Shown in pieces: positions 46,154 to 57,048 of a stretch of DNA of 64,000 nt. A program made the translations under genes and the position numbers. Origin of the DNA: Pachysolen tannophilus NRRL Y-2460 (lineage: Eukaryota); NCBI GenBank assembly GCA_001661245.1, contig KV454014.1:450954-514953 (forward strand), read 5' to 3'. The notes under the pieces were generated by a model. That model did not search any database. It worked only from the letters and a program-made list of their open reading frames with translations, and was not told where the DNA came from. Each line of letters starts with the position of its first letter. The stretch's first letter is position 1.

Positions 46154-46812
46154 ATGCCAGTAAAGGCTCTTTCAAAAGTTTCTATTGCAAGAAACGGTAT
46201 TGGTGCTTTTGTTTTACCAGTATGTATCTATGATTTTATGATTTTATGATTTTATGAATTTATGAATTTTTGACAAAAATGTGAGGAATTAAAAATACTA
46301 ACGTTTGATTTTTAAATAATATACATCAGTGTCGGAGAATCACTTTACAATATTGTAACTGGGGAGGAAGCTCTCAAGGAATGAGGTAAGTTAGCAATCA
46401 GATGATATGCTTGTGTACTTGTATACTTGTATATTAAAGTTGGAAATGTTTTTCATTTCTTTTCTTTTTTTTTTCACAAAAATTTTCAATACTAACCTAA
46501 CCCATATTTTATAGAGATTTTTTAACCCAAAGGTTATCCAAAATTGCCCAGCAATATCCAGAAATCGAGTTTAAAGTTGTTAGAAAATCAGGTCATCCAA
46601 TACTTAGAGGAGATTATAGTAATGATAAGGATAAAGTAGTATGTGTTAGAAATTTCAATATTGATGTTGTCGAAAACAAGTTGAAATTATTAGTTAACTC
46701 TACGGGAAGCCAATTGAAGAAACATAAACAAAACGTTGAGAGTTTGAATGAGAGTGTTAGAGGTATATGGTCGCCATTACATGCCCATCTGGAGTCAAGG
46801 TACAAGATTTAA
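46154..46812 (+). CDS. MRPL51: Mitochondrial ribosomal protein mL43/MrpL51, two introns (not in ORF track)
   Basis: Exons 46154-46219, 46330-46385 and 46515-46812. Introns GTATGT...TACTAAC...CAG (46220-46329) and GTAAGT...TACTAAC...TAG (46386-46514). Protein [41 protein letters not shown]...GHP...VCVRN...[10 protein letters not shown], 139 aa. Confidence 0.96.
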
Positions 46813-47147
46813 AAAGAAAAAAGAAAGAAAAAAATCGAAAACTTATTTTTATTTTTATATATAGTATTTTCTCTTTTATGTTCTATCTAGCTTGTATATA
46901 TAATACATAAACATAAACTTATAGGTTCAGACCTACTTGTAGTGTTTCTTATTAATTGTCCTAAGCATTCACTGAAGCAGTGTAGCTTCAGGAGAGAGAA
47001 GATTGCAAAAATATCAATCAATATTAAAATTTGTTTTCAAAGTGTAATAATACACACAGATTTTTTTTTAAGTCATAATATATATATATATATATATATA
47101 CGTCTATTGAAAAATTCTGGTGTACGTTTACCATATTGTCTAAAATA

Positions 47148-48890
47148 ATGTTATTGGGCATCCAGTCGAGGACTGGACGTCTCTGTGACTTGAGACGATC
47201 GTTGGTGCCTACTTTTAAAGGGTATTTGGGTTCATGTTCGGTATCCACAACTACAAATCAAAAATGTCAAACTTCAGAAGATGTATCGATTAAGGTAAAC
47301 CCTGATCGTCAGACAAAGACTTTAAAACTATTAGTTCCTAAAAGGCTTACCAAGATGCTTCAAACCGAAGATTTTATGGACCCTTTTGTGGCAAATCGAT
47401 CTCCGTTAAAATATCAAACCCATATTCCAAGTGATGTCTTACCAAATATGATTTTAACAATTCATGGAACGAAACCAATGATATTGAGATTTTGTCAAAC
47501 TTTACTTCATATCTTTAGATTCCAACCAATTCTTAAAGAAGGTAAAAATTTAAATAATTTGAATAATCGTAGGACACCCAAAGTTGAGAAACTTCAATTT
47601 TTAATACCAAATGATTTTGCAAAAGATACTTTAGGTATTTTCACAGAATCTGCTCAACAAAAATTCAACTTGGAACACAAGACTTTTATACGATTACTGA
47701 GTCCATATTATCAGCAGAATAGAATTTTCAAAGTTATGAGAAAAGATCTTGGTTCTTTTGTAAATTTAATATTAACAGGAACTAATAAAGAGATTTGTTA
47801 TGCAGAGGAATTGGATTATTTTATATTTAAAGATGAAGAATTAATAAAAGAAAGAATTGTTTCCTTTTCTGAGAAACAGATTCGCAAAGTGAGAGGAAAT
47901 AGAGGTAAAGAACTTAAGAGAATCTCTGAAGATACAAATTGTTCTATCACAGCTAACGAGTCCTTGACTGAATTAAAAATTGTTGCTCCATCAGAAAAGG
48001 CGATGAGATATGCTAAAAATTTGATTTCTTCGGAAGCTGGAGAATATGGAACTCCAAAAGATAGAGAGGCCATCAAAATTAGAGTCATAATACCCAGTAG
48101 GTATTTAACAATATTATTCAATAAGAAAGTATTGAATTACTTGAACAAAAACTATGTTTTTGTCTTTTTAACGAAGGAATTTAAAGGAGAAAAATTGCCC
48201 TTCTCTTTAATTGATATTAAAGCTCATTTAGGACATATGAATAAAATATTATTTCTGATTAAAAATATTCTCAATTGCAAACCAATAGATGAAAATGACC
48301 ATGAGGTTAATAAGATTACCTTAGATCCAGCAATTAATCCAAGTGACGTTAAATTTCAAATATTACTCCCAATAAAATTTGTTGAAAAATATCTTCATAT
48401 TTCAACAAAAGATGATTTTAATAATTTTTGTATTCGGAAAAATTTAAAAGATTCAAATTTCCTTCACGTCCCAAATTGTCAAGAGTATTTATTTCAAATC
48501 CATCCTGGAGATTGTACCGTTTTCTTAAAAGAAGTGTTTGGTAAATTAAGAGAAACAAATAGTTCTATAAGACTTTTTTCCGATTATAGCACAAAGGATC
48601 AGCGAAACTCTGAGGATAAATTACCATATCAGAAATACAAAGCTGACGAGTCTAATTTAACAACAAGTTATATCAAAAATATAACTGAATCACAGAAAGT
48701 AAGATTGTTGGGACCAAAGGGCAACACTTTGAAAAGTGTCTGCGATAATACAAATTGTCGAATTGATATCAAACCGGCGGAAAACACGACAACAAAATAT
48801 GATGTAATCTTGACTGCTGATTACTGGGATAACATTAGTCTTGCAGAGCAGATAATCCATTCTATAATAAAGCAACAGCAAACACTGTAA
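47148..48890 (+). CDS. Hypothetical KH-domain RNA-binding protein, possibly mitochondrial
   Basis: Two KH-like units (IRKVRGNRGKELKRISEDTNCSI; VRLLGPKGNTLKSVCDNTNCRIDI) and an R/L/S-rich N-terminus. First ATG at 47148. Confidence 0.65.
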   Translation: MLLGIQSRTGRLCDLRRSLVPTFKGYLGSCSVSTTTNQKCQTSEDVSIKVNPDRQTKTLKLLVPKRLTKMLQTEDFMDPFVANRSPLKYQTHIPSDVLPNMILTIHGTKPMILRFCQTLLHIFRFQPILKEGKNLNNLNNRRTPKVEKLQFLIPNDFAKDTLGIFTESAQQKFNLEHKTFIRLLSPYYQQNRIFKVMRKDLGSFVNLILTGTNKEICYAEELDYFIFKDEELIKERIVSFSEKQIRKVRGNRGKELKRISEDTNCSITANESLTELKIVAPSEKAMRYAKNLISSEAGEYGTPKDREAIKIRVIIPSRYLTILFNKKVLNYLNKNYVFVFLTKEFKGEKLPFSLIDIKAHLGHMNKILFLIKNILNCKPIDENDHEVNKITLDPAINPSDVKFQILLPIKFVEKYLHISTKDDFNNFCIRKNLKDSNFLHVPNCQEYLFQIHPGDCTVFLKEVFGKLRETNSSIRLFSDYSTKDQRNSEDKLPYQKYKADESNLTTSYIKNITESQKVRLLGPKGNTLKSVCDNTNCRIDIKPAENTTTKYDVILTADYWDNISLAEQIIHSIIKQQQTL

Positions 48891-48925
48891 AGTGAGTATG
48901 TTATATGTATTATATATATATAAGA

Positions 48926-48973
48926 GGTGTAGGGTGTGTGTAGGGTGTGTGCGGATGTGTGTGGGATGTATAT
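48926..48973 (+). repeat. GT-rich telomere-like imperfect repeat
   Basis: ggtgtagggtgtgtgtagggtgtgtgcggatgtgtgtgggatgtatat. Confidence 0.65.
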
Positions 48974-49101
48974 AGGCAGGCTAATTGAAAAATTAAAATA
49001 AATCAACTATATCGCTTAGTTCTAATCAGTTACAATTAAACACCTATACGAAGTTGTGAGTTCAATTGGATGGAGAATTTATAGAATTGATCTCTTTTAA
49101 G

Positions 49102-51693
49102 ATGAACGCTGCTGGTGACAACAACAATGGTAAAAATCGATATTCGTCCAAGTTATCAAATATTCCAATATTACAATATCAACCGTCATCTGCTCATAAT
49201 TCCACTATATACAACAATGAATCTAGACCTTCGACGGCTATTTCAAATTCGCAAATAATGGATAGAAGACGGAAAACTTATGAGAACTTGTCAGAAATTG
49301 ATTGGTCTTATGAATATGAATTGGAAAGAAAAAATAAAAAATTTATAGATACACAAATTACAACAGTTTTTGCGAGAATTTACTATAATAATTTGAAATG
49401 GATTGTATTAATATTAACAGGTTTGATATTAGGTCCAATTGCCATCATTATTGATATTGCAAGTAAATGGTTGAGAGATTTTAAATATGGGCTTTGTTAT
49501 AAAAATGACAAGGTAAATTTATTTGTGCCCAGATTGAACTGTGGTGAAGATGATTGGATAGATTGGTCTCATTTTATTTTTAATTTCATCAACCCTGATA
49601 ATACTATAATCCATTATTTCAATAATTATTTTTTTTACCTTCTGAGTTCTGTACTATTAGCATGGTTAGCGGCTTTAGTAGTTAAGACCCAACCTTTTAC
49701 AAAATTAAGTGGTATTTCAGAATTAAAAATCATATTAAGTGGATTCATTATTAATGATTTTATGAATTTTAAAGTACTGATCTCAAAGACGATTGGTTTG
49801 ATTCTAGTTGTTGCAAGTGGAATATCGGTAGGTAAAGAAGGACCATTAGTTCATATTGCTGCTTGTATTACACATTTTATAATAGACAGATTCCCATATA
49901 TCAAAAACAATGAAGCCATTAAGAGAGAAATAATATCTGCATCAACATCCGCGGGTATCGGTGTTGCATTTAATGCTCCCATTGGAGGTGTGCTCTTCAC
50001 TTTGGAACAAATATCAAGTTTTTTCCCAATTGATAAATTGATGTGGAATTCGTTTGTATGTGCCACTATTTCAGTTATGATCTTGCAAGTATTACACCCT
50101 TTCAGTTCTTTTTTCACTACTCAGTTGTTCATTGTAAGTGGATCAGAAAATTGGATCAGGTATGAATTTTTCCCCTTTGCCTTGTTAGGTTTACTTTGCG
50201 GATGGTTGGGTTTAAATTTTAACAAGCTAAATGTTGGTTTTGCAGAGATAAGAAATAAATATATTGATAAATCTACTAGATTGAAAATAATGGAAGTTGT
50301 AATCTTGGCATTTGTTTCTGCATTAGTTTCCTATCCATTTGCATTGAGTAGACTCCCACTTTCTGGGTTACTGTCAGTGCTTTTCACAAAATGCCCGACT
50401 GATGAAAACTCTAAAAATATTTCTGATTTAGTCTTAAATACTCTTTGCTTGGAAACAACTAATTCAGAAGACATAAGGTTTCCTCTTGAAACTTTGTCCT
50501 TACTATTAATGACTGCAATTCAGTTATTTATATTATCCAGTTATTCATATGGAACATTTATTCCAGGTGGTATTTTAATGCCTTCGTTAGCGATAGGTGC
50601 CACAGTTGGTAGATTTTTGGGAACTCTTATTGAATTTTTACAATTCAAGTATCCAACATGGTTTATGTTTGCCAATTGTAAAGCGGATTTATCACAATGT
50701 ATTACTCCGAGTTCTTATGCAGTTGTTGGTGCAGCATCTTTCTTAACAAGTGTCACAAAAATGAGTGTTTCAGTTGTTGTCATCTTATTTGAACTTACAG
50801 GTGCTTTGAATTACGTTATACCTATCATGATTGGTGTATTACTATCGAAATTTATTGCGCATTTATCTTCAAATAAATCATGTTACGAGTTATGGTTATC
50901 ACTACAAAAATATCCTTATTTAACACCAGGGAACGATGAAGAATTGATTAAACCTTTATTATCTGTTGTGGAATGTCGAAATTTTTTAAAACCCGTGGAT
51001 GATTTAATAATTTTATATGAAGAATCTAATGGGAATAATTTTGAATATTTAAAGAATTTATTAAGTACTCATAAATATCAAGGTTTCCCTGTATTAAATA
51101 ATGCTAAGGATAAAAATTTACTTGGATGGTGTTCAAGTTATGAATTGAAACAGGAATTGGATAAAGTAAAAGAGATTGAAGGGGTAACATTATCTGAACA
51201 ATTTTTCACATTTCTTGTGCCAAGAGATGGAGATGAAAAATATTCTTTAAACCCAATACTTTCAACAGATTTATTTGTCTTTTCATCAAATTTATCAATA
51301 TTAACAATTTATTCAATTTTTAATAAACTTTGTATCAGAGTTGCTATTTTCTGCTATCCCGGTAAAGGTCAGAAATTAAGAGGTATCTTAACCAAGAAAG
51401 ATTTAATTGAAATCGTTGAACTTAAAGATAAGTATTTGATGGATGTAAGAAACTATGGTCGTGTCCAATATGCAGATGAAGATGTAGATGAAGATAACAC
51501 TAATGAAGAAGCAAATGGAGCCAATCTAGCCAACATAGCCAACCAAGCCAACATAGCCAATGGAACCCATGGAACCCATGGCGAAGCCACTGCGGATTCG
51601 GAGGAATCGGATTCAAGGGTTTTATTCAACAATGAAGACGAATTTAACCAGTTTGAAATTGAAGACGATATAGAAGATGATAGGCATATTTAA
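49102..51693 (+). CDS. CLC chloride channel/transporter (Gef1 family) with CBS domains
   Basis: SGISE, GKEGP, AFNAPIGGVLF, GILMP and VVILFELTG; C-terminal CBS region (YQGFPV, GILTKKD). First ATG at 49102. Confidence 0.93.
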   Translation: MNAAGDNNNGKNRYSSKLSNIPILQYQPSSAHNSTIYNNESRPSTAISNSQIMDRRRKTYENLSEIDWSYEYELERKNKKFIDTQITTVFARIYYNNLKWIVLILTGLILGPIAIIIDIASKWLRDFKYGLCYKNDKVNLFVPRLNCGEDDWIDWSHFIFNFINPDNTIIHYFNNYFFYLLSSVLLAWLAALVVKTQPFTKLSGISELKIILSGFIINDFMNFKVLISKTIGLILVVASGISVGKEGPLVHIAACITHFIIDRFPYIKNNEAIKREIISASTSAGIGVAFNAPIGGVLFTLEQISSFFPIDKLMWNSFVCATISVMILQVLHPFSSFFTTQLFIVSGSENWIRYEFFPFALLGLLCGWLGLNFNKLNVGFAEIRNKYIDKSTRLKIMEVVILAFVSALVSYPFALSRLPLSGLLSVLFTKCPTDENSKNISDLVLNTLCLETTNSEDIRFPLETLSLLLMTAIQLFILSSYSYGTFIPGGILMPSLAIGATVGRFLGTLIEFLQFKYPTWFMFANCKADLSQCITPSSYAVVGAASFLTSVTKMSVSVVVILFELTGALNYVIPIMIGVLLSKFIAHLSSNKSCYELWLSLQKYPYLTPGNDEELIKPLLSVVECRNFLKPVDDLIILYEESNGNNFEYLKNLLSTHKYQGFPVLNNAKDKNLLGWCSSYELKQELDKVKEIEGVTLSEQFFTFLVPRDGDEKYSLNPILSTDLFVFSSNLSILTIYSIFNKLCIRVAIFCYPGKGQKLRGILTKKDLIEIVELKDKYLMDVRNYGRVQYADEDVDEDNTNEEANGANLANIANQANIANGTHGTHGEATADSEESDSRVLFNNEDEFNQFEIEDDIEDDRHI

Positions 51694-52511
51694 TTTGTAT
51701 GTACTATGTACTATGTACTAATTTATAGAATTTTTTTCTGTTTTCACTAGTTTAATACAGAAAGAAAAGACCCTAAAATTATTTTCTATCTAAGCTAAGC
51801 CTACTTACTAGCTTCTAATTACTGACTACTTACTATTTTTATAAAATAATTGCAAAAGATTTACAAAATTTATTATCACTTCGGAGGGAAACCACTGTTT
51901 TGAGCTTATATAAGCGGGTGGGAGTTAACTAACACTCCGTGGCGCCATGACACTGCCAGGGATGAGAAAGACGTAAAGCGGCTAATGTCACCCGTAAACT
52001 TCATTTTGTTATCGATGACATCAAAACCCGATTTGGAATCAAGATCCGATCAACCCATTTGTCTATTACCAGTTGTAGCCATAACTCCGTAGAACTTTAA
52101 TAGGGTTTTTTTGTTTTTAATTCTATTGTCAAATGAAAAGACATATTTCCTATTGGTGAAACGAGCAAAAAAAAAAACATAAAAAATACGGCTGAGTAGT
52201 CATTTGCATGTGTTTCTGATCTTTTTTAAGTGTTGAGAAGTAAGTCATTTCGTGTCTCTATCTCTATTGAGGTTTAGTCACCGGCTAGTGAGAGACCAAA
52301 ACCTAAAAATACAATGGTATTTAATAATAGTAATGGTCATAATGTTCACGTACATATAATATAAATATATATATTTATATTTATATTTATATTCTATGTA
52401 TGTATGTATATGTATGTATACAATATAAATAGAACAAGTTCCTTTTTTATATTCTTTATTTATGAAATTTTTAATACTAGAGTCGGTTTAATTGAATGTG
52501 TTGCCTTAAGG

Positions 52512-54587
52512 ATGTCCACGAGCTCTATTAAAACTTATACTAAGAAGGCTCATAAGAAATCAAGAAATGGTTGTTTGACTTGTAGATCTAGGAAAATCAA
52601 GGTGAGTACATATAAATTAATATATATATTTATATTTATATACATATATATATATAAATATATATATAAAAAGAGAAAAATTGTGTAATTAAACTCCGAA
52701 ATGCAAAAGAAGTTTCCCATTTCTCAAGAAGAAATGATACTAATTATCAATATGAATTTTTTTATTTTTTTTTTTCATTTTTAGTGCGATGAAACTCATC
52801 CGTCTTGTAAGAATTGTACAAGGAAGAACCTATCTTGTCTTTATGGTGAAAAATTTATTCCAAAAACCGGTACTCTGCTTGCTAGGATTAAAAAATCAAA
52901 AAAATATTGTAAAGACTCCAATTCTGATGAGTTAGTTCATAATGATTTTCCCAATGGTTCACAATTGTTATCTCCTTCAGATATATTGGATGACTTACCA
53001 ATGAATAATTTTCCAGGAGAAGTTTCATCATCAACGGGTTTGGGAAATTCAAGTTTAGGAAATCCAAGTTTGGGAAATCCCAATGCTTCCTTTGAATTTG
53101 ATGATTTTTTGGAGTATACGTCTTTGTCTGAACTATTTGCCACTTCGAATCAATTGAATAATGCTTGTGATTCTTATGATCCAAATTTTAATATACCATC
53201 GTTGCTAAATAGTTCTATGAATATGGCTTATTTAGATTACACTTCAAATTCTAACACATGTTCTCCTCTGTCACCATTGACGTCGTCGGAGTTAGTATTG
53301 AACGAGTCTGATTATCAAAAACAAAAGTTTGATTGTCCGCGAGATGAAGCTGTTGCTGTTTTCAAAGCTTTAGATGTGATGCTGTCTTTGGGTGGCGAAT
53401 CTACATCGGTTCCTGTTGCCACTGGATCAGAAACAGGGGTTTCATCAATTTCAGATTTTAAATTAGAATACAATTCAATTGATAGAAATTTTATATCAGA
53501 TAACTGCAAGCAAGCAATGACTTTAAGTAAATCTTATTTATCAGATTCTACTATAACTATTAAATTGATGCATTATTTTTCCAAAATTTACTACAAGAAA
53601 TTACCAACATATTCTTCTAAACAAAAATCATGGTTTTCATTATTCAGTTATTTTGGATTAGAATATGATCATGTACTTCATATGCTTTTGGCAGTGAGCG
53701 TGTTAGATTTATATAATCTAAAAATTTACACACATAAGGTTTCTAAAGATGATTTACTAAATTTAACAAATGATGAAGATTATTTGAAAATTGCTCAACA
53801 ACATTCATCTGAATCATTACGGAAACTTCAAAATAATCTTTGTAAAACAGATGATGATATGTCTAAAAAAAGTTCCACTGCTGTAGTGGATTTAGCAACA
53901 TCATTACTGAATCTTTTATATATTTTTTTAAATCCTTTGCATAAACTTGGTGATTCAATTTTTTACAACATGTCAAAACTAATACGAGAAATTTTTATGA
54001 AAAATTCATTTGTCATTAGTACCAAAAAATTTGAATATCAATCATTCAATAATGCAACAGTCGATTGGTATTCAAGAAATATAGGGTTAACAAATTTATT
54101 TGTTAAATCTAAAAGTGAAGTTCAAATGAGTTTTCTTCCAGTTTACTTATTTGGATTAGTAAATTTGACAACATTTAACATATACGATTCTTATGATGAT
54201 AATGAAACTCAATCTAAACTTATTTCAGATGCTCAACAGAAATCGATATATATGCTTTTCGCAGAATTAATCAATTTGGGCCGCAAAATAGACTTCATTG
54301 AAGAAAATGAACCAGATCTAATAAGAGTATTACTACGTTGGCCTGTCTCTATACCATGTTCCTTTATAGAATCTCTAGCTCAAAGAAACCCAATATCATT
54401 GATAATAGTGGCACACTATATCATGTTTTTATGTTCAAATTATATATGCCTGGTTTCTAATGGTCAATTCAAAGAAGACTACTTTGATGAAATTTTTAAA
54501 AACGAAATATCCTATATCGACGATTTATTGGATTATAAATGGAAACCTTGGATCGATGTTCCAAAAAGAGTAGTCGGATTGTTATAA
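52512..54587 (+). CDS. Zn(II)2Cys6 transcription factor (Upc2/Ecm22-like architecture), spliced
   Basis: Exon 1 52512-52601 (...HKKSRNGCLTCRSRKIK). Intron 52602-52784: GTGAGT...TACTAAT...TAG. Exon 2 52785-54587 (CDETHPSCKNCTRKNLSC...), in frame with the 540-aa ORF; 630 aa. Confidence 0.9.
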
Positions 54588-55330
54588 TATCTATTTGTGT
54601 TTCTTTTTTTTTTTTTTTTTTTTTTTTTGGTTTGTTATATTCTTTAATGTTGCTTCAAGGTTTGGGGAGGTTTTTATACGCTAAGGTTTACATGATTACG
54701 CTATGACTTATACACATATATATATCTTATCTTAATTTTTTTTTTGTTTTTTCACACGGTTAACTTTATTCTATTGCTTTATGACACTTATTCTTATCTT
54801 TACTTTTACTATGCTACGCTTTATAACATCTCTTATTTCCGCTACGTAGTTACTCGTTATTCGTTACTCGTTACCCCTTAACTCAACCCCTATAATAACG
54901 TCCTTAAATAAAAAGTCGTGAACTTACGATTACGCGCTTAAAACGCATAACGCGGAAAATTTAGGTTAAAAAAAGAAACCGCGGTACGCTTTTGCATCGC
55001 TTTTAAAATCATTGTGTCCCTCCAGGCTCCGCGAGAATTTAACCATGCATATTTCAAGTACGTATGTACATACATACAGATGGAAAAGCATTGAGTTTAA
55101 AAGTTTTATTGACGTGAATGAGCATGGTAAAGTGACCAAGTTTCTTTTAAGTTAAATTTCTTGAAGTAAAAACATAAAAAAAAAAAGAAAAAAAAGAAAA
55201 AAAAAAAAAAAAAAAAGTGAAATATTAAAATATAAAACATAAATGGTGATACCTAGGTAAAAATCACTGGTATTAATGTTTATGTATGATTTTCATTGAT
55301 GAAAATTGGTAGTTTAGGAGACATTAGAAG

Positions 55331-56296
55331 ATGAATTTTGAATGTTTAAATACAAATTCGAATATGTCAGGAGTACCCGCTGTTTTTAAGACTTGGAAAA
55401 AAAATGGTGAGGAACAGCCTCTCCATGATTACAGTTTTTCACGAAAATTGAAAGATGCTGGCGCTGGGTTTGTTGGGGGTGTTTCACAAGTGTTGATTGG
55501 ACAGCCATTAGATCTTATAAAAGTGTTGATTCAAACTGGTCAGTATAAGAATCCTTATGAAGCTTTCACTGCCACCATGGCTAAAGAAGGGCCCTTGGCT
55601 TTTTATAAAGGTGCTCTGGTACCATTGGTTGGTGTTGGATGTATCAATACTATTATGTTTAATTTTTGTTATGCAGCAAGACGTAAAATCATTGAAATGA
55701 ATCCGGGACAGACTGAGTTAAAATTAAGTCAATATTTCATTGCAGGTTCCATTGCAGGGACGTTAACTGCGTTTATCACCAGTCCCGTGGAACAAATCCG
55801 TATCTTGCTTCAAGCCCAACCTCTTGAAAACAAACTTTATAAAGGACCCATTGACTGTTTCCAAAAAATCCGTCATCAAAATGGGTTTGGACTTAATGGT
55901 ATGTTTCGTGGATTAGGAATGACAATTTTTAGAGATGCACCAGCTCATGGTGTATGGTTTTGCACTTATGAATTCTTGATGAGAGATGCATGTGCACGTC
56001 GCAACTGTAAACGAGATGACGTGCCTACGTGGCAATTGTTATTATACGGAGCCATTGCTGGTGATGCTTTATGGTTGATTTCATATCCAATGGATGTGGT
56101 CAAGACCATCCAACAAAATGACAGGTTCGGTAAAGATTCCAAATATAGAACCTGTGCCCAAGTGGCTACAAGACTTTACCAGACACAGGGCTTCAGAGGC
56201 TTCTGGATAGGTCTCACCCCAGCATTAATTAGAGCTCTGCCGGTAAATGCAGGTGTTTTCGCTAGTGTTGAATTAGCTTTAAGAGTTCTCGGATGA
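55331..56296 (+). CDS. Mitochondrial carrier, Ymc1/Ymc2-like
   Basis: GQPLDLIK, SPVEQIRILLQ, YPMDVVK and FYKGxxxPLVGVG. Alternative start ATG at 55364. Confidence 0.88.
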   Translation: MNFECLNTNSNMSGVPAVFKTWKKNGEEQPLHDYSFSRKLKDAGAGFVGGVSQVLIGQPLDLIKVLIQTGQYKNPYEAFTATMAKEGPLAFYKGALVPLVGVGCINTIMFNFCYAARRKIIEMNPGQTELKLSQYFIAGSIAGTLTAFITSPVEQIRILLQAQPLENKLYKGPIDCFQKIRHQNGFGLNGMFRGLGMTIFRDAPAHGVWFCTYEFLMRDACARRNCKRDDVPTWQLLLYGAIAGDALWLISYPMDVVKTIQQNDRFGKDSKYRTCAQVATRLYQTQGFRGFWIGLTPALIRALPVNAGVFASVELALRVLG

Positions 56297-56615
56297 TCGA
56301 ACTCCCATCGCACACAATATATAATAATATTCCTTTTTTTTTTGTTTTTGTGTTTTTTTTTGCTTTTTTCTGAATTTCTTGTTTTCCTCAAACTAAAATA
56401 CTAGAGAGTTTTGGGCATTTTATAAAGTTCAATAAATAATTATCAATAGTTGAAACTTGACTATAAATAACAACTACTTGTATTTATATATATATATATA
56501 TACCACTAATACCTCTACTCAGCCTCAAATTACTTCTTCTAGAAGGGTGCCTTTACCACTTCTTCCATGTTTTTAGTTTTTAGTCCGGCTGGCAAAACGG
56601 AAATGGGAAGAAAAG

Positions 56616-56622
56616 TTACCCG
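56616..56622 (+). promoter_or_regulatory. Reb1-type site TTACCCG upstream of CHC1
   Basis: GTTACCCGG in the GC-richer part of the intergenic region. Confidence 0.45.
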
Positions 56623-57048
56623 GGTTCCAACGTCGTGGAATAAACTTAACGCGCTTAAAAAGAAAGGGCTCACTCAAATTCCTACAATTAAGTCAGCCAC
56701 ACTCCCAAAAGCGGCACACACGCCACATGGGCCTTGCTGTTCGAAACAGAGAAAGTCAAAAAAAAAAGAAAAAAGATGTAAGGCCAATAATCTCAAATTT
56801 TATAATTATTATTATTATTATTAGAGATTCATTAAATTAAATCAAACCATTCCATTGAACAAAAGACATCAATTAATTAAGAAATTTTTGAAGAAAATAA
56901 AAATAGATAGAATAGCTCATTGAATTTAATTGTTTAGTTTTTTTTTTTTTTTTTTATTTGTCCTTTCTTTTTTTGTTTTTTCTTTAATTCATTTTCATTT
57001 TCTGTATTTGTTTGTTTCTTGTTGGTTTATAAACGCTGAAGAAAGAAA

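Noticed and set aside
52404..52688. 94-aa ORF as a separate gene
   Set aside because: It is exon 1 of the Zn2Cys6 factor read through into its intron.
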